A DNA stretch of 52,885 nucleotides, the filler included, from Catajapyx aquilonaris (lineage: Eukaryota), in assembly GCA_000934665.2 (NCBI GenBank). It is 2 parts of 2 records of this genome, joined end to end, with 100 filler letters (N's around TTAATTAATTAA, not from the genome) between each part and the next. Parts side by side here need not be neighbours in the genome. Positions count along the whole stretch, not along the records: positions 26,520 to 52,885 come from JYFJ02005217.1; 1 more part is not named here. One strand, written 5' to 3'. The notes beneath the pieces were generated by a model. That model searched no databases, had not been told where the DNA came from, and saw nothing but the letters and a program-made list of their open reading frames with translations. Position 1 is the stretch's first letter. Each line of letters opens with the position of its first letter. Below, one piece after another: positions 50,355 through 52,885 of the stretch. The translations under genes and the position numbers were made by a program.

Positions 50355-52877
50355 TTATTCTGTATGATACAGGGTGAAGCAGTTACGGGCTGCTTGGAGA
50401 CAAAGGAAAACGTTGCATTGGGTGCACTTTGTACGTGAAAAAAAATTGCATCCTTTTTTCTTGCATCTTGGCACAGTTACTCCACGCTCAAACTTCACCA
50501 CCTCTGGAAAGTGCTTTCCATTGTGGCGGAAACCTTCCCCCAATGATGGTTGGTACTTCCTCTTCTTCTTACCCTTTGGGATACCCACTCCACTCTGTGC
50601 CACCAGCTCCTCACCTAGTCTCATCTTGAAATCAAAGAACTCCATCACCTCCTCCTTTGGAACTGTACCCAGTGCACACTGCTCCCTGTACTCAAACCAA
50701 GAATTGGCTGCAGCAAGATCTGCCATGTGCAGGATTACACGAATAGTCCACTTCTTGGATCGAGCTCGGGAGGGATAGAAACTTAACATACGGTCGCACA
50801 GATCCACGCCTCCCATTTTCTCATTGTACTGTTTGACCACATACGGCCTGGTGACATCAATGTGGCGCTTCTCCTTCTTTGACCAGCGTGAACAGGTGTC
50901 TGTTGGCTCAAGTCCATGCCCAGTTGACGCGAGGTAGACTGGTTTATTGTCATACCATTTGCATATGGCAATGGCATTGTCACATCGGACAATCATGGCA
51001 GATGATCCCCTATCCTAAAAATTGAGTAATAAATAGGAATCCTTAGATGTATTTACCAAACAGTGCAAACATACCATTTTCATGTCTTTGTCTGTGGGCA
51101 GCTTGCTTCTTGCTGCTCTTGGAATTCTGTTGACCATAATAGTCCCTGTCCCGTAAATCTTTTCCTTGTTTAGGTGTTCCAGAAGTGGCATTGAGGTGAA
51201 GAACCTGTCAAAGTAGAGATGGCTACCTCCTGCTACTTCTGTAACCAACTGGGCCACCATGCTGGCTCCTGAACCCAGGTTCAGTGCTTTGACCTCTTCC
51301 GTGTATGAGGTAGTTCCCTGATATAAGAAAAAGTTCAGGACCTTGCCAGATGGGGCAGCCAGGACAAGATTCTTCAAACCAACTGGGTTGGGTTTTCCTG
51401 AAATATCAACAGTGCTTACTCACTGATCTGAAAAAATGATTTGTAGTCAAATTTTACACTGCAGGCACTACTTTGTTGGCATTCTTGCCACTGATAGCCA
51501 AATGTATCAAAAACGTAAGAAAGGTTGCTTGGAATGTCTTTTTTGCTGTCATTACCTGGAAGGTATTGCTTGCACACAACAGCCCCAGAAAATGGCACTA
51601 TCTGTTCATCGATGCTCATATCACCTGGCTTTGGAAGTTGTTGGCAGATATCTTGAATTTTGCTCAGAAGAGGTCGAACTTTCCAAAACCGGTCCTGTTC
51701 CCGCTGCTCTTTTGAAACATCGTCATCAAATAGGAGTTTCATTCGGGATCTGATGAAAAAAAATCTGTCTCGCGTCATATTGTCCGCCACCGCTGGAATT
51801 CTTGTTCTGGCCTCCCAGAACATCCTTATGCGGGGGAACTAAAGGAGCGAGAGCAGTGATAAGTAAATGTATCTAGGGCACCATGGTTACTAGGACTGGT
51901 TGACACCTGAATCAGTATCGGCTGAATTAGATGCGGTAGGAAACGTCTTACCTTGAGGCACGACATCATGAAATTGAGCCCAAAGAATTTTTTAATCTCT
52001 TCTGATGTAATATCACATGGTTTGCCCAGAAGAACTTCCCTTTGATTTGTAGAAAATGCTATTGTTTGATAGAGCTCGTTGTCAAAGTATTTGCTGAAAT
52101 ATGTGTAGGCTTCTCCGATGTTTTGGGCAGACCCCGCAACAACATCTTGAGGCCCAGCAAACACCGCTGGGTTAAAGCTGATGGCATATGGCATATTTTC
52201 AATAAAATTAATCACAAATCACTGACTAATAATCTTACGGACCTTTGTGCTGCTCTCCATATTGGAGGTCTTACAGGTCTAGATAGGGCTTGCGGTGGTG
52301 AAAATGGCCCATCACCTTCAGAATCACTATCCTCTTCATATGATGGGCTGTATTCATCATCGCTCACATCACTTCCCTCCTCTACTGCTCCCTCAATATC
52401 CGAATCATCACCATCAAATAGAGCCAGGATAGCATCGGGATCCAAATTCCTCCCATAACCTGGATAAACAAGATTGGCAAATCATGCGAGCATGATTCGA
52501 GGACTCTTTCTCATTTGACAACTAGTCCGCTCTCTGCCATCAGAAGTTGGATAACAATGCACTGACCTCACTCAGGCACGCTCGACAGAGAGCACGCCAT
52601 CTTGGATTGGCTGCTGTGGCGGGCATGGTATGCGCACGCAGACTCTTACATGTGCATTTAGGAGGTATTGATACTATCTTTCAGTGGTGTGAGTTTCACA
52701 TGTCTACTTTCAGTAGTGTGAGTTTCACATGTCTACTTTCAGTAGTGTCTTATCCAAGAGGATATTCACTCTTACATATTTTGCATACATGTACAGTGCT
52801 GGACACAATAGCATATAACAAGTGTAAACAACGACTTTGGCGTTACCTGGCAACTGGTCGTGTTCGGACATCGTCAT
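50355..52877 (-). CDS. piggyBac-family transposase (PGBD2/3-like), 6 exons, about 579 aa, apparently intact
   Basis: Exons 52877-52847, 52459-52243, 52177-51952, 51838-51556, 51397-51075, 51014-50355 (1740 nt, GT-AG, phases fit). Acidic N-terminus; SIDEQ, YFDRFF and MGGVDLCD catalytic motifs; KPNPVGLK; WYDNKPV; C-terminal RC...C...TKCTQCNVFLC...NCF..YH; AATAAA overlapping the stop. Exon 1 and the exon 2 donor are less certain. Confidence 0.9.
52678..52748. repeat. 29-bp tandem repeat, about 2.5 copies
   Basis: CTTTCAGT(G/A)GTGTGAGTTTCACATGTCTA repeated in intron 1 of the transposase. Confidence 0.85.
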
Positions 52878-52885
52878 GTGGAGAG

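Noticed and set aside
45122..52847. piggyBac-ZNFX1 fusion transcript (same strand, in tandem)
   Set aside because: Transposase exon 1 ends in phase 1 while the ZNFX1 acceptor needs phase 2; the transposase has its own stop and AATAAA; ZNFX1 has a candidate first exon of its own. A splice from transposase exon 2 is formally in frame but unsupported.

Overview
Eukaryotic, most likely arthropod, genomic DNA; the taxon is inferred from gene content and the small GT-AG introns. Three protein-coding loci are supported. (1) The last coding exon of a group-B Sox gene (Sox21/Dichaete-like, + strand, 383-1205), followed by about 25 kb of gene-free DNA with enhancer-like blocks. (2) A complete 12-coding-exon ZNFX1 gene (- strand, 45115-32314, about 2195 aa: Upf1-like SF1 helicase, NF-X1 zinc-finger array, C-terminal RZ finger). 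(3) An apparently intact 6-exon piggyBac-family transposase (- strand, 52877-50355, about 579 aa, DDD triad and C-terminal Cys-rich domain present). The rest holds five tRNA-derived SINE families (one with a V-SINE-like core), MITEs of piggyBac, Harbinger, Tc1/mariner and hAT type (several nested), a second transposase remnant, unrelated perfect palindromes, microsatellites and two assembly gaps. One gap carries an artificial TTAATTAATTAA linker, so Sox-ZNFX1 linkage rests on scaffolding alone. I cannot demonstrate a wholly new system. The best leads are the spliced intact piggyBac with a TTAA MITE nearby, the recurrent 0-1 nt spacer palindromes, and an orphan promoter/spliced-transcript candidate at 28.9-29.6 kb. 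All family assignments are from motif recognition, not database searches.
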